The notes under the pieces: generated by a model
Databases searched by the model: none
What the model saw: the letters and a program-made list of their open reading frames with translations, nothing else
Told to the model about the DNA's origin: nothing
Part shown: in pieces, positions 8,298 to 16,920 of the stretch
How positions within the stretch are numbered: the first letter of the stretch is position 1
How the letters are laid out: every line of letters starts with the position of its first letter
Translations under genes and position numbers: made by a program
NCBI RefSeq assembly: GCF_035276905.1
Contig: NZ_DATELG010000107.1
Coordinates: 290-64,289, forward strand
From: Phenylobacterium sp.
GTDB taxonomy: Bacteria; Pseudomonadota; Alphaproteobacteria; Caulobacterales; Caulobacteraceae
DNA length: 64,000 nt
Direction: 5' to 3'

Positions 8298-9422
8298 ATG
8301 GTCGAGATGGATGCGGCGTCGTGGGAAGAAGACCTCGTGGCCTTGTCCGAGGGTATTTCCGACGTTCTGGAAGCCGAGTGCGACCGACGCGCCGTGCATG
8401 CTTTCTTCGACGGACAGAACGACCTCGACCAGCAGCTTTGGGCTCGCGCGGCTGAGCTCGGCTGGCTGGGTCTTGGACTTCCCGAAGATTACGGCGGCCT
8501 GGGCCTTGGGGCGCCGGGGCTGGATGTCCTCTATCGCGCGCTCGGCGCGGCGCTCGCGCCCGGCGCCTTCATTCCGACGCTCGCTGTCGCCCAGTGGCTC
8601 AGCGGAACAGCCGCCGACAGCGTCAAGGAAGAGGTCCTGCCGCAGGTGGCGACGGGCGCGCTGACGCTTGCCGCGCCCGCGTCGCTGGAGGCCGAGCCGC
8701 TGCCCGTGGGCGACGGCCTACTCCGCGGCGTCTCGCAGCCGATGCTGGGGACCAGCCGCGCCGCACTCGCAATCGCCCCGGTCCGCGTCGACGGGCGGAA
8801 CGGCTTTGCCGTGGTGCGGCTCGACGGCGCCCGCGCCAAGTTCGAGGCGGCCGACACCTGGGACCGCACCCGCAGCATCGGCCGTATCGTTTACGACCGC
8901 GCCGAGCCCCTCGCGCTCCTTGCCGACGCCGACGGCGCCTTGAACTCGTCGCTGCGCAGCAATCTGGCGCTCGCGGTCGCCGGCGACAGCGTCGGCGGGG
9001 CGCGTGCGATCGCCGAGCAGACCATCGCCTACATGAAGGAGCGCGTGCAGTTCGGTCGTCCGATCGCCAGCTTCCAGGCCTTGAAGCACCGTGCGGCCGA
9101 TCTGATGGTGGCGGTCATCCAGGGCGAGCAGGCGCTCGATCAGGCGGTCGCCGCGGCGGCCGACGGCGAGCCGAACGCGGCCATGTGGGCGAGCCTGGCC
9201 AAGGTCGCGGCGGCCGAGCATTTCCGGTTCGTGGCGGACGACTGCGTGCAACTGCACGGCGGCGTTGGCTTCACCTGGGAGTTCGACTGCCACATCTTCC
9301 TGAAGCGCGCGCTGCTCAATCGGGAGCTGGCCGGGAGCGCCGGCGCGCTACGCGACCTCGCCGCAACCTATCTCGCCGCGGCGAGCCGGGCGGGGCGGAC
9401 CACTGCGGAGCTGACGACGTGA
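8298..9422 (+). CDS. acyl-CoA dehydrogenase family protein, probable FAD-poor (beta-type) partner subunit
   Basis: 374 aa from ATG 8298. ACAD C-terminal pattern QLHGGVGFTWEFDCHIFLKRALL. I see no TEPxAGSD-type FAD motif. Its stop overlaps the next ACAD start (GTGA). Confidence 0.8.
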   Translation: MVEMDAASWEEDLVALSEGISDVLEAECDRRAVHAFFDGQNDLDQQLWARAAELGWLGLGLPEDYGGLGLGAPGLDVLYRALGAALAPGAFIPTLAVAQWLSGTAADSVKEEVLPQVATGALTLAAPASLEAEPLPVGDGLLRGVSQPMLGTSRAALAIAPVRVDGRNGFAVVRLDGARAKFEAADTWDRTRSIGRIVYDRAEPLALLADADGALNSSLRSNLALAVAGDSVGGARAIAEQTIAYMKERVQFGRPIASFQALKHRAADLMVAVIQGEQALDQAVAAAADGEPNAAMWASLAKVAAAEHFRFVADDCVQLHGGVGFTWEFDCHIFLKRALLNRELAGSAGALRDLAATYLAAASRAGRTTAELTT

Positions 9423-10597
9423 TCCTCGACAAGGTTGGTGACGACGCCGCGTTCCGCGCCGCCCTGCGCGCCTGGCTGGGGACGGTCCTGCAGGCGCCGG
9501 AGGCCAGGCCCACGCCGGGCGACAGCCGCAGCTTCTACGAGAGCCAGAAGTGGTGGATGGCCGAACGGCACAAGGTCGGTCTGGGCACGCCGCACTGGCC
9601 GAGCGCCTACGGCGGCGCCGACCTTGGCCTGAGAGATCAGATCATCATCGCCGAGGAGGTCGCCCGCGCCCGGGCGCCGACCCTTGGGCTTTTCACCGTC
9701 TCCCTCAACCACCTGCCGCACACGTTGTTGAAGTGGGGCACGGAGGCGCAACGGGCGACCTATCTGCCGGGCGTCACGCGCGATGGGGTGATGTGGTGCC
9801 AGGGCTTCTCAGAGCCCGGCGCGGGGTCTGACCTGGCGGCGCTGCGCACCCGCGCGGTGCGCGACGGCGACGTCTATGTGGTCAACGGGCAGAAGATCTG
9901 GTCGTCCTACTCGATGTACGCCGAGTACTGCATACTGTTGACCCGCACTGATCCGGACGCGGCCAAGCACGGCGGCATCACCTTCCTCATCCTCGACATG
10001 AATACGCCGGGCGTTGAGGTGCGTCCCCTGCGGCAGGCCAACGGCATGGCGAAGTTCGCCGAGATATTCCTCACCGATGTCCGTATTCCGGTGGAGAATC
10101 GTGTCGGCGACGAGAACAACGGCTGGGCCGTCGCCCAGACCACGCTGGCGTCGGAGCGCGGGGTGCTGTCGTTCGAGCGGAACGAGCGCCTGCGCTACCA
10201 TATGGAGGATTTTCACGCCGAGGCCCTGCGGCGCGACGCGCCTTGGCTTCGCGACGACGAACTCCGCCGCGAGTTCATGCGCCTGTTCATGGAAATGCAG
10301 GGCTGCCGGCGGCTGATGCGGCGACTGCTGAGGCAGACAGAGGCCGGATCTCCGGCGGCCTCGAGCACAGTGCCTTATGTCAAACTGATCAACACCGAGC
10401 TGCGCAAGAGCGCGGGCGAATTCATGGTGCGGGCCAACGGGATCGATGCGCTCGACTACGTACCGGGCTTCGACGAACTCTCGCTGGATCCGATGTTCAC
10501 CTACATGACCGCGCTCGGCGGCACGATCGCCGGCGGCAGCAACGAGATCATGCGCAATCTCATCGCCGAGCGGATCCTGGGAATGCCGAGGGGATAG
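9419..10597 (+). CDS. acyl-CoA dehydrogenase (alpha-type subunit)
   Basis: 392 aa. The GTG start at 9419 overlaps the upstream TGA. Motifs: WCQGFSEPGAGSDLAALRTRA...VNGQKIWSS and the C-terminal GGSNEIMRNLIAERILGMP. Confidence 0.85.
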   Translation: MILDKVGDDAAFRAALRAWLGTVLQAPEARPTPGDSRSFYESQKWWMAERHKVGLGTPHWPSAYGGADLGLRDQIIIAEEVARARAPTLGLFTVSLNHLPHTLLKWGTEAQRATYLPGVTRDGVMWCQGFSEPGAGSDLAALRTRAVRDGDVYVVNGQKIWSSYSMYAEYCILLTRTDPDAAKHGGITFLILDMNTPGVEVRPLRQANGMAKFAEIFLTDVRIPVENRVGDENNGWAVAQTTLASERGVLSFERNERLRYHMEDFHAEALRRDAPWLRDDELRREFMRLFMEMQGCRRLMRRLLRQTEAGSPAASSTVPYVKLINTELRKSAGEFMVRANGIDALDYVPGFDELSLDPMFTYMTALGGTIAGGSNEIMRNLIAERILGMPRG

Positions 10598-10605
10598 GCC
10601 AGGAG

Positions 10606-12255
10606 ATGATCGGACAGCCCGGCTCCACGAACCAGCCGGCGGGCGACACGCCGTACTGGGCGGACGTGGTGGTGATCGGCGCCGGCTTCGCTGGCCTCTA
10701 TGCCCACCACAGGCTTCGCGAATTGGGGTTCGCGGTTTGCGGCTTCGAAGCCGCGCCGGACGTCGGCGGAACCTGGTTCTGGAACCGTTACCCCGGCGCC
10801 AGGTGCGATGTCGAAAGCCTGGACTACAGCTATTCCTTCTCCGAGGCGCTGCAGGACGAGTGGCGGTGGAGCGAACGGTTCGCCACCCAGCCCGAGATCC
10901 TGCGGTACATCAACCATGTGGCCGACCGCTTCGACCTGCGACGCGACATCCGGTTCGAGCGGCGCGTCGTCCGCGCCCGTTACGACGGCGGCGAAGGCGT
11001 CTGGATCGTCGAGACCGACCGGGGCGAAAAGGTTCGTTGCCGCTTCCTGATCGCTGCGGTCGGCAGCCTGTCGTTGCCGAAGCCCCCCGACTTCGAGGGT
11101 CTGGAGACCTTCGAGGGCCAGTGGGCGCAGACGGGACTGTGGCCGCGCGAAGGCCTGGACTGCGAGGGCAAGCGGGTCGCCGTGATCGGCACCGGTTCCT
11201 CCGGCATTCAGTCAATCCCGCTGCTGGCCGAGGTGGCGCAGCGCCTCACGGTGTTCCAGCGGACACCCGCCTATACCGTCCCGGCGCTCAACGGGCCGAT
11301 CGATCCGGAGTTCGAGGCCAGTGTCCGCGCCGACTACCCGGCCTACCGCCAGCAGACCCGCAAGACCTACAACGGCGGCCGAGCGCCGCTTGCGGGGACC
11401 ACGTCCGCGCTCGCGGCGTCCGATGATGCGCGGCGCGCGACCTTCGAGGCCGCCTGGCGCTTCGGTTGCTTCTCGCTGCTCACCGTCTACCGCGACCTGA
11501 TGACTGACGCCGACGCCAACGCGGCCGCGAGCGCGTTCGTGCGTGAGAAGCTTCGAGCGGTGGTGAAGGATCCGCTGATCGCCGACCGGCTGACCCCGCG
11601 CGGTTATCCGATCGGCGCCAAGCGCCTGGCGCTGGACACGGGCTATTGGGCCATCTTCAACCGGCCCAACGTCGAGCTGGTGGACGTCCGCGCCGCCCCG
11701 ATCGAGCACATCACCGCCCGCGGCGTGTGCACGGTGGAGCGGGAATATCCAGCCGACGTGATCGTCTTCGCCACCGGCTTCGACGCGATCAGCGGACCGC
11801 TGCTGGCGATGGACATCGAAGGGACCGACGGCCGCACGTTGAGAGAGGTCTGGGCGCAGGGGCCGGTCAGCTATCTGGGCCTTATGATCGCGGGCTTTCC
11901 CAACCTCTTCACCATCAACGGACCGGGCAGCCCCTCGGTGCTGACGAACATGGTGGCGGCGATCGAGCACCATGTGGACTGGATCGCCGATTGCCTTGCG
12001 GAAATGCGCCAGCGGGGACTTGAGGAGGTGCAGGCCGAGCCTGCCGCGCAAACGGCTTGGGTGGAGGAAGTCCGGCGCATCGCCGACATGACGCTCTTTC
12101 CCCTGGCGGAGTCGTGGTACATGGGCGCCAACGTGCCCGGCAAGCCGCGCGTCTTCATGGCCTACCCCGCGGGCCTGCCCCCCTATCGTGAGCGCTGCGA
12201 GGACGTGGTCCGCAACGGCTACAGCGGCCTGCGCTTCTCCGCCCGCCAAGCCTGA
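10606..12255 (+). CDS. type I Baeyer-Villiger (flavin-containing) monooxygenase
   Basis: 549 aa from ATG 10606, preceded by AGGAG. Motifs: VVVIGAGFAGL (FAD GxGxxG), GGTWFWNRYPGARCD, a second Rossmann VAVIGTGSSGIQ, and the fingerprint-like FEGQWAQTGLWP. Confidence 0.9.
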   Translation: MIGQPGSTNQPAGDTPYWADVVVIGAGFAGLYAHHRLRELGFAVCGFEAAPDVGGTWFWNRYPGARCDVESLDYSYSFSEALQDEWRWSERFATQPEILRYINHVADRFDLRRDIRFERRVVRARYDGGEGVWIVETDRGEKVRCRFLIAAVGSLSLPKPPDFEGLETFEGQWAQTGLWPREGLDCEGKRVAVIGTGSSGIQSIPLLAEVAQRLTVFQRTPAYTVPALNGPIDPEFEASVRADYPAYRQQTRKTYNGGRAPLAGTTSALAASDDARRATFEAAWRFGCFSLLTVYRDLMTDADANAAASAFVREKLRAVVKDPLIADRLTPRGYPIGAKRLALDTGYWAIFNRPNVELVDVRAAPIEHITARGVCTVEREYPADVIVFATGFDAISGPLLAMDIEGTDGRTLREVWAQGPVSYLGLMIAGFPNLFTINGPGSPSVLTNMVAAIEHHVDWIADCLAEMRQRGLEEVQAEPAAQTAWVEEVRRIADMTLFPLAESWYMGANVPGKPRVFMAYPAGLPPYRERCEDVVRNGYSGLRFSARQA

Positions 12256-12279
12256 CACCGCTTCGCTTCGAGGATTTCA

Positions 12280-12302
12280 GGGACGAGGTTCACCCTCGCC
12301 CC
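12280..12302. terminator. candidate bidirectional terminator hairpin between convergent genes
   Basis: GGGACGAGG-ttcac-CCTCGCCCC (8 of 9 pairs), between the BVMO stop (12255) and the amidohydrolase stop (12332). There is no clear U-tract. Confidence 0.35.
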
Positions 12303-12331
12303 TGCCGTCCCGCCGACTGTTCGCGCGCCGA

Positions 12332-13543
12332 TCAGACCGGCAGCTTGTAAAGCCGGGCGGCGTTGCCCCCCATCACCTTGCGGGTCACCTCCTCGCCCCA
12401 CGGCTGCAGGACCTTGAGGCCGTGCTCGACCGCCCCGGGATAGAGGCAGGTGGCGTGCGGAAAGTCGGATTCGAACAGCACGTTGTCGAAGCCGATGACG
12501 TCGAGAAGCCGACTGGGCGCGGCCTCCTCGAACCAGAAGCAGCTGTAGACCTGGTTCTTGAACAGCTCCCGCGGGCCGGGCTGCTTCAGGCCCTTGTCCT
12601 GGAACGGCGTATCCAGAAGCTGCCACTCCAGCCGCTCGATGATGAACGGCACCCAGCAGAGGCCGCTCTCGACCAGCACCCACTTGGTCTTGGGGAAGCG
12701 CGGGAGCAGGTCACAGGTCAGGAGATTGGCGAGGATGCGCGCATTGTAGAGTTCCAGCTGGGAGTTGCCGATCACCAGCTTGCGCTGGTTGTCCAGGCCC
12801 GGCCAGGTCGACTGCATCCAGGCGTCCAGGCTGAACTCCGACGAGCCGACGTGGAAGTTGATCGGCAGCTCGAGCTCGGAGCAGGCGTCCCACAGCGGGT
12901 CCCAATGCGGGTCGTGCAGCGGCGGCAGATCGCTGCCAGCGTGCGGCTCGGGGCAGATCGTCACTCCGCGCAGCTTCAGGTCACGCGCGCACCGCTCGAC
13001 CTCCTTGACCGCGAACTTGATGTCCCAGAACGGCGCCAGGGCCTGCGGGAAGCAGCGGTCGCCACTGTCGCGCTGGAAGTCCGACATCGCGTCGTTGTAG
13101 ACCTGAACCGTCACCCGGGCGACTTCCGGATCGAGCTTGGTCAGGCGGTGCGCGCCAAATCCCAGGATGTTGCCGTAGACAATCTGCGCCCAGATCCCCT
13201 GCTGATCCATGAACTGGGTGCGCGCCTTGGCGTCATAGGACGCCGGGGTGACCTCCTCCAGGCTCATGCCGCTGCGGATGTCCCACTCCCAGAACGACTG
13301 CTTCGAGCCGTCGGTCCTGATCACCGAGGAGGCGCCGACCTTCTTCTGCAGGATCTCGTCGCCGTTGATGTACCAATGCGGCCGCCCCTTCGGCCCGGGG
13401 CGCACGTGGGGGACCTTCGAGCGCCAGGATTCCGGCACCCGGCTCGTCCAGAGGTCGTGGGGCTCCGAGAAGTGCGTATCGGCGTCCACTACTTTCAGGT
13501 CCTGCAAAACTTTACTGCCTTTGAGCGCGGTATCGCCGTCCAT
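12332..13543 (-). CDS. amidohydrolase-2 family protein (ACMSD/LigW-like hydrolase or decarboxylase)
   Basis: 403 aa with an AGGAG RBS. N-terminal VVDADTHFSEPHDLW and overall pattern match amidohydrolase_2 enzymes. Confidence 0.85.
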   Translation of the reverse strand: MDGDTALKGSKVLQDLKVVDADTHFSEPHDLWTSRVPESWRSKVPHVRPGPKGRPHWYINGDEILQKKVGASSVIRTDGSKQSFWEWDIRSGMSLEEVTPASYDAKARTQFMDQQGIWAQIVYGNILGFGAHRLTKLDPEVARVTVQVYNDAMSDFQRDSGDRCFPQALAPFWDIKFAVKEVERCARDLKLRGVTICPEPHAGSDLPPLHDPHWDPLWDACSELELPINFHVGSSEFSLDAWMQSTWPGLDNQRKLVIGNSQLELYNARILANLLTCDLLPRFPKTKWVLVESGLCWVPFIIERLEWQLLDTPFQDKGLKQPGPRELFKNQVYSCFWFEEAAPSRLLDVIGFDNVLFESDFPHATCLYPGAVEHGLKVLQPWGEEVTRKVMGGNAARLYKLPV

Positions 13544-13574
13544 GCTTAATCTCCTAAGAAAGTCGACTTAACGA

Positions 13575-13874
13575 CTACAGTTCCATGTCCAGAATGAAGG
13601 ACTGATAGGATTTGGCCTGCGTATCGACCATCAGGCTGGCCGAATAGGCGCCGCCAAGCGCCCCGTGCAGGACGAAGTTCAGTCCCTTGAGATTGGGGAA
13701 TTCATAGCGCTCGACCGGGCCTTTGACCGTGCGCGAGAAGAACTCCTTCACCCGCGAGGCCGTCAGCTTCTCGCGAAGAAGCTCCCAATCCTCGTCTTTA
13801 TAAGGGAAGACGCAGATGTTGGCCGTGTCGCCCTTGTCGCCCGAACGCGAGTAGGCGATTTCGCGAAGCCTCAT
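13575..13874 (-). CDS. small AtuA C-terminal-domain-like protein (partner of DUF1446 protein)
   Basis: 99 aa from ATG 13874, which forms an ATGA overlap with the upstream stop. The sequence MRLREIAYSRSGDKGDTANICVFPY... resembles the C-terminal module of full-length AtuA proteins. The longer ORF to 14045 is R-rich and overlaps the upstream gene. Confidence 0.6.
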   Translation of the reverse strand: MRLREIAYSRSGDKGDTANICVFPYKDEDWELLREKLTASRVKEFFSRTVKGPVERYEFPNLKGLNFVLHGALGGAYSASLMVDTQAKSYQSFILDMEL

Positions 13875-15217
13875 GCCGTGACCACCTCTGTCTGGACGCT
13901 GACGGCGCTGCGATCGACCGGCACGCCGACGACGGTCAGGGCCTCGATGATCTCCGCCTTGGGGCCGGCGACGCCGGCGGGACGGTCGAAGTAGACCATG
14001 CCGGTCTCGTTGCAGACGACGCGCGCGGCGTCCCGGGTCCGGCAATGGGCGGCGACGCGATAGCGCAGCTCATTGAGTTCGGGCGGGACGTTCGCGGCGT
14101 TGCCGTACATGGTCGAGACGCCGTAGATGTCGAACCGCAGGTCGAGGATCTCCCCCTCCAGCGGCCGCAGGCGCTCGCGGACGATCTCCTCGACCAGCTT
14201 CGCCCGATCCACGCAGCCGAAGCCGCCGAGCGAGCCCTCGGCCAGGGCCTTGTAGCCGTTGCGAACGCCGACCAGCGCGCGGAGCTTCTCCGGCCGCGGC
14301 TTGCCGCGCATGCCGCGCAGCTCGACGACATCGGGGGCCGGGACGCTGAGCTCGATCATCGACATGTCCATGTCGACGTCAGGCGTCAGGTAGGATCGCG
14401 GGTCGTGGATCTCGTAGCCGACGCGGCACTTCACCGTCTCGGCGGTGACCAGGCCGCCGGCGGCGGGCAGCTTCGTCACCTGCACGGCGTCCTCGTCCAG
14501 GATGACGTAGGGGAACCCCAGCGGCGCGAGGCCGGGCACGATGCGATACGGCGGATCAGCGAAGCCGCCGCCGGAAATGCCGGTGCTCCCCTGCAGCATG
14601 TGCCCGGCCAGGGTGCCGAGCGCGGCGCGTTGCGGGGTCAGCTCGTCCCAGCCCATGGCGTCGTAGGTCAGCGCCACGGCCATCGAGGGATCGGCGATCC
14701 GGCCCGCCAGCAGGAAGGTCGCCTCGGCCTCGAGAAGCTCGATGAAGCCTTCCGCGCCGAGATAGGCGTGCGCGCAGATCAGCCGTTCGCCCAGTTCGTT
14801 GATACGGCATCCGAGCTCGGGGAGCTCGACGTTCTGGCGCTTCAGATGATCGAGCACGTCGCCGCCGTGCATCGCGCCGATCCTGAGGCCTGAGAGGCCG
14901 GCGGCGCGGGCCGCGTCCACCGCTTCGGCGAGCGCGCACTCGACGTTCGCCTGGCCGAAGCTTCCGGCCACCACGCCGCCGCGGCGCAGATAGCCGCCCA
15001 GCGCCTTGAGCACTTCGCCGGTGCGCGGATCATAGCCCTTGTTGGGGTTCTTCATCCGCCGCAGCGTCGCCTGGGTCATGGTGGCCTCGCCCAGGCGGTC
15101 GAACATCATGTAGTCCACCTCGCCGCTTTCAGCGAGGTCCACCGCTGGCGGAAGGCTGTCGCCGGCGAAGGCCGAACCAGCCCCGATCCGCGGTCGGCGC
15201 ACATGTCTTGTCTTCAC
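13871..15217 (-). CDS. acyclic-terpene-utilisation AtuA family protein (DUF1446)
   Basis: About 448 aa, with pattern RIGAGSAFAGDSLPPAVDLAESGEVDYMMFDRLGEATM.... The start is uncertain: GTG 15217 is preceded by AGGTGG, and GTG 15226 is an alternative. Confidence 0.8.
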   Translation of the reverse strand: MKTRHVRRPRIGAGSAFAGDSLPPAVDLAESGEVDYMMFDRLGEATMTQATLRRMKNPNKGYDPRTGEVLKALGGYLRRGGVVAGSFGQANVECALAEAVDAARAAGLSGLRIGAMHGGDVLDHLKRQNVELPELGCRINELGERLICAHAYLGAEGFIELLEAEATFLLAGRIADPSMAVALTYDAMGWDELTPQRAALGTLAGHMLQGSTGISGGGFADPPYRIVPGLAPLGFPYVILDEDAVQVTKLPAAGGLVTAETVKCRVGYEIHDPRSYLTPDVDMDMSMIELSVPAPDVVELRGMRGKPRPEKLRALVGVRNGYKALAEGSLGGFGCVDRAKLVEEIVRERLRPLEGEILDLRFDIYGVSTMYGNAANVPPELNELRYRVAAHCRTRDAARVVCNETGMVYFDRPAGVAGPKAEIIEALTVVGVPVDRSAVSVQTEVVTA

Positions 15218-15230
15218 GTCGGCCACCTGC

Positions 15231-16484
15231 TCACACCACGCCCTTTTGCCGCAACTGCTCGATCTCGCGTTCGCCAAGCCCAAGCTCGCTGGCCAGCACC
15301 TCGTCGGTGTCGCGGCCGAGGAAGGGCGGAGGCCGATAGCTCTCCACCGGCTTGCCGCCGAAGCGGATGGGATTGGCGATGACCGAGACCTGGTCGACGC
15401 CGTCGCGATCGAGATCGACCCGCATTTGCCGGTGCTTGACCTGAGGGTCCTCGAAGGTCTGATCGATCGAATAGACCGGCGCGCACATGATGTCGGCGGC
15501 GACCAGCTTCTCGTACCAGTGCATCATGGTCCCCGAGCCGAACCTGGCGTTCAGCGCCGCGGCCAGCGCCTCGACGTGCTGGTAACGGTTCATCCGCGTG
15601 GCGAACCGTTCGTCCGACTTGAGCTCAGGCAGCTCCACCACATCGCAGAGGCGGTGAAACTGAGGGTCGGCGGTCGCCTGCACCTGCAGCAGCCCGTCCA
15701 CGCAGCGGAAGATTTCCGAAGGCGCCGAGCCGAATGCGCGCGGACCGAGACGTTGAGGCACTGCGCCGCTCGTGAAATATTCGAGCGCGGCCGGGGCCAC
15801 GGCGGCGACCGAGCAGTCCATCAACGCCATGTCGATGTGCTGGCCGCCGGCCTGCAGCACTTCGCGCGCACGCAGCGCCATGACCAGCGCGTTGGCGGCG
15901 TAGAGACCGGTGATCAAGTCGCTCACCACGACGCCGATGCGTTGCGGCAGGCGGTCCGGCTCGCCCGTCAGGCTCATCAGCCCGCTCATCGCCTGGAAGA
16001 TCGCGTCCGCCCCGGGACGGCCCGCATAGGGGCCGTTCTGGCCAAATCCGGTGACGGACAGGTAGATGATGTCCTGGTTCAGGGCTCTGATCGAGTCGTA
16101 GTCGAGCCCGTACTTCTTGAGGGCCCCAACCTTGAAGTTCTCGACCATGATGTCGGAGCGTCGGGCAAGGTCACGGACAATCCGCTGACCGTCGGGCTGG
16201 CCGATGTCGACGGTCAACGACCGCTTGTTGCGGTTGACCGAGCGATAGTTGGAGGATTCTACCGAAGCGGCGCCGACGGCGTCCTTCACCGGTCGCGGCG
16301 CATAATGGCGGAACTCGTCACCATGTCCGGGCCGCTCGACCTTGATGACATCGGCGCCCATGTCCGCCAGCAACTGGGTCGCAAACGGAGCCGCGAACAG
16401 GCGGCCGAGTTCCAGCACCTTGACGCCTGCCAGAGGACGGGAAATTTCGCCCGCCGCCGAGCCCTGATCAATCTTCTCGCTCAT
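15231..16484 (-). CDS. family III CoA-transferase (CaiB/BaiF family)
   Basis: 417 aa from ATG 16484, with pattern PLAGVKVLELGRLFAAPFATQLLADMGADVIKVERPGHGD. Confidence 0.9.
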   Translation of the reverse strand: MSEKIDQGSAAGEISRPLAGVKVLELGRLFAAPFATQLLADMGADVIKVERPGHGDEFRHYAPRPVKDAVGAASVESSNYRSVNRNKRSLTVDIGQPDGQRIVRDLARRSDIMVENFKVGALKKYGLDYDSIRALNQDIIYLSVTGFGQNGPYAGRPGADAIFQAMSGLMSLTGEPDRLPQRIGVVVSDLITGLYAANALVMALRAREVLQAGGQHIDMALMDCSVAAVAPAALEYFTSGAVPQRLGPRAFGSAPSEIFRCVDGLLQVQATADPQFHRLCDVVELPELKSDERFATRMNRYQHVEALAAALNARFGSGTMMHWYEKLVAADIMCAPVYSIDQTFEDPQVKHRQMRVDLDRDGVDQVSVIANPIRFGGKPVESYRPPPFLGRDTDEVLASELGLGEREIEQLRQKGVV

Positions 16485-16567
16485 GAGCCGAATCCGGACC
16501 TCGCCTTGCCCGCACCGTGTCTGGCCCTTCTGGGTTCGCCCGACCGGGCCTCGAGCGAGGGATAGGC

Positions 16568-16580
16568 GATATTCAAATCG
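16568..16580. promoter_or_regulatory. AT-rich box GATATTCAAATCG (exact copy also at 21213-21225)
   Basis: Exact 13-mer read at both sites. This copy lies about 85 bp upstream of the CoA-transferase start (minus strand). Confidence 0.5.
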
Positions 16581-16817
16581 GCGCATATCCGGGGCCCAGC
16601 CATTTCAGATATGTGAGAATTCACGCCGCCGGCTGGAATTTCCGGCCCGTCGAGGCGGGCCGATACCGGGCTGGCGAGGAGCTGCGCCGCCGGCGCTGGG
16701 AGCTCGGCCGCCGCCACCGCACAATTTCAGCGCGCTGATTTCTTTTGAATGCTGGCTGTCCTTCGCCAAGGCGAAGAAGATGTCGTCCGCGGCGCGTCGA
16801 GCTTTGGAGCCAGGCTG

Positions 16818-16920
16818 GAGCATTCGGCGGTTCGAAATGAACCGGCGAATGCTCATAAATTCTTGAAGTCAGGCCATTCGCTAGGCCGAACCGGCGTTCA
16901 CCTGGGCGCGAATGGTCTAG
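16818..16920 (+). repeat. 103-bp two-hairpin intergenic repeat, copy B
   Basis: Aligns with the reverse complement of 4936-5038. Its terminal TCTAG contains the TAG stop codon of the aldehyde dehydrogenase gene (16917-16919). Confidence 0.85.

Noticed and set aside
16485-16817. Small ORFs in the 432-bp spacer (for example 16517-16738, 73 aa)
   Set aside because: Their translations are R/G/P-rich with no RBS. The spacer is better explained by promoter sequence, the 13-mer box and the 103-bp repeat.
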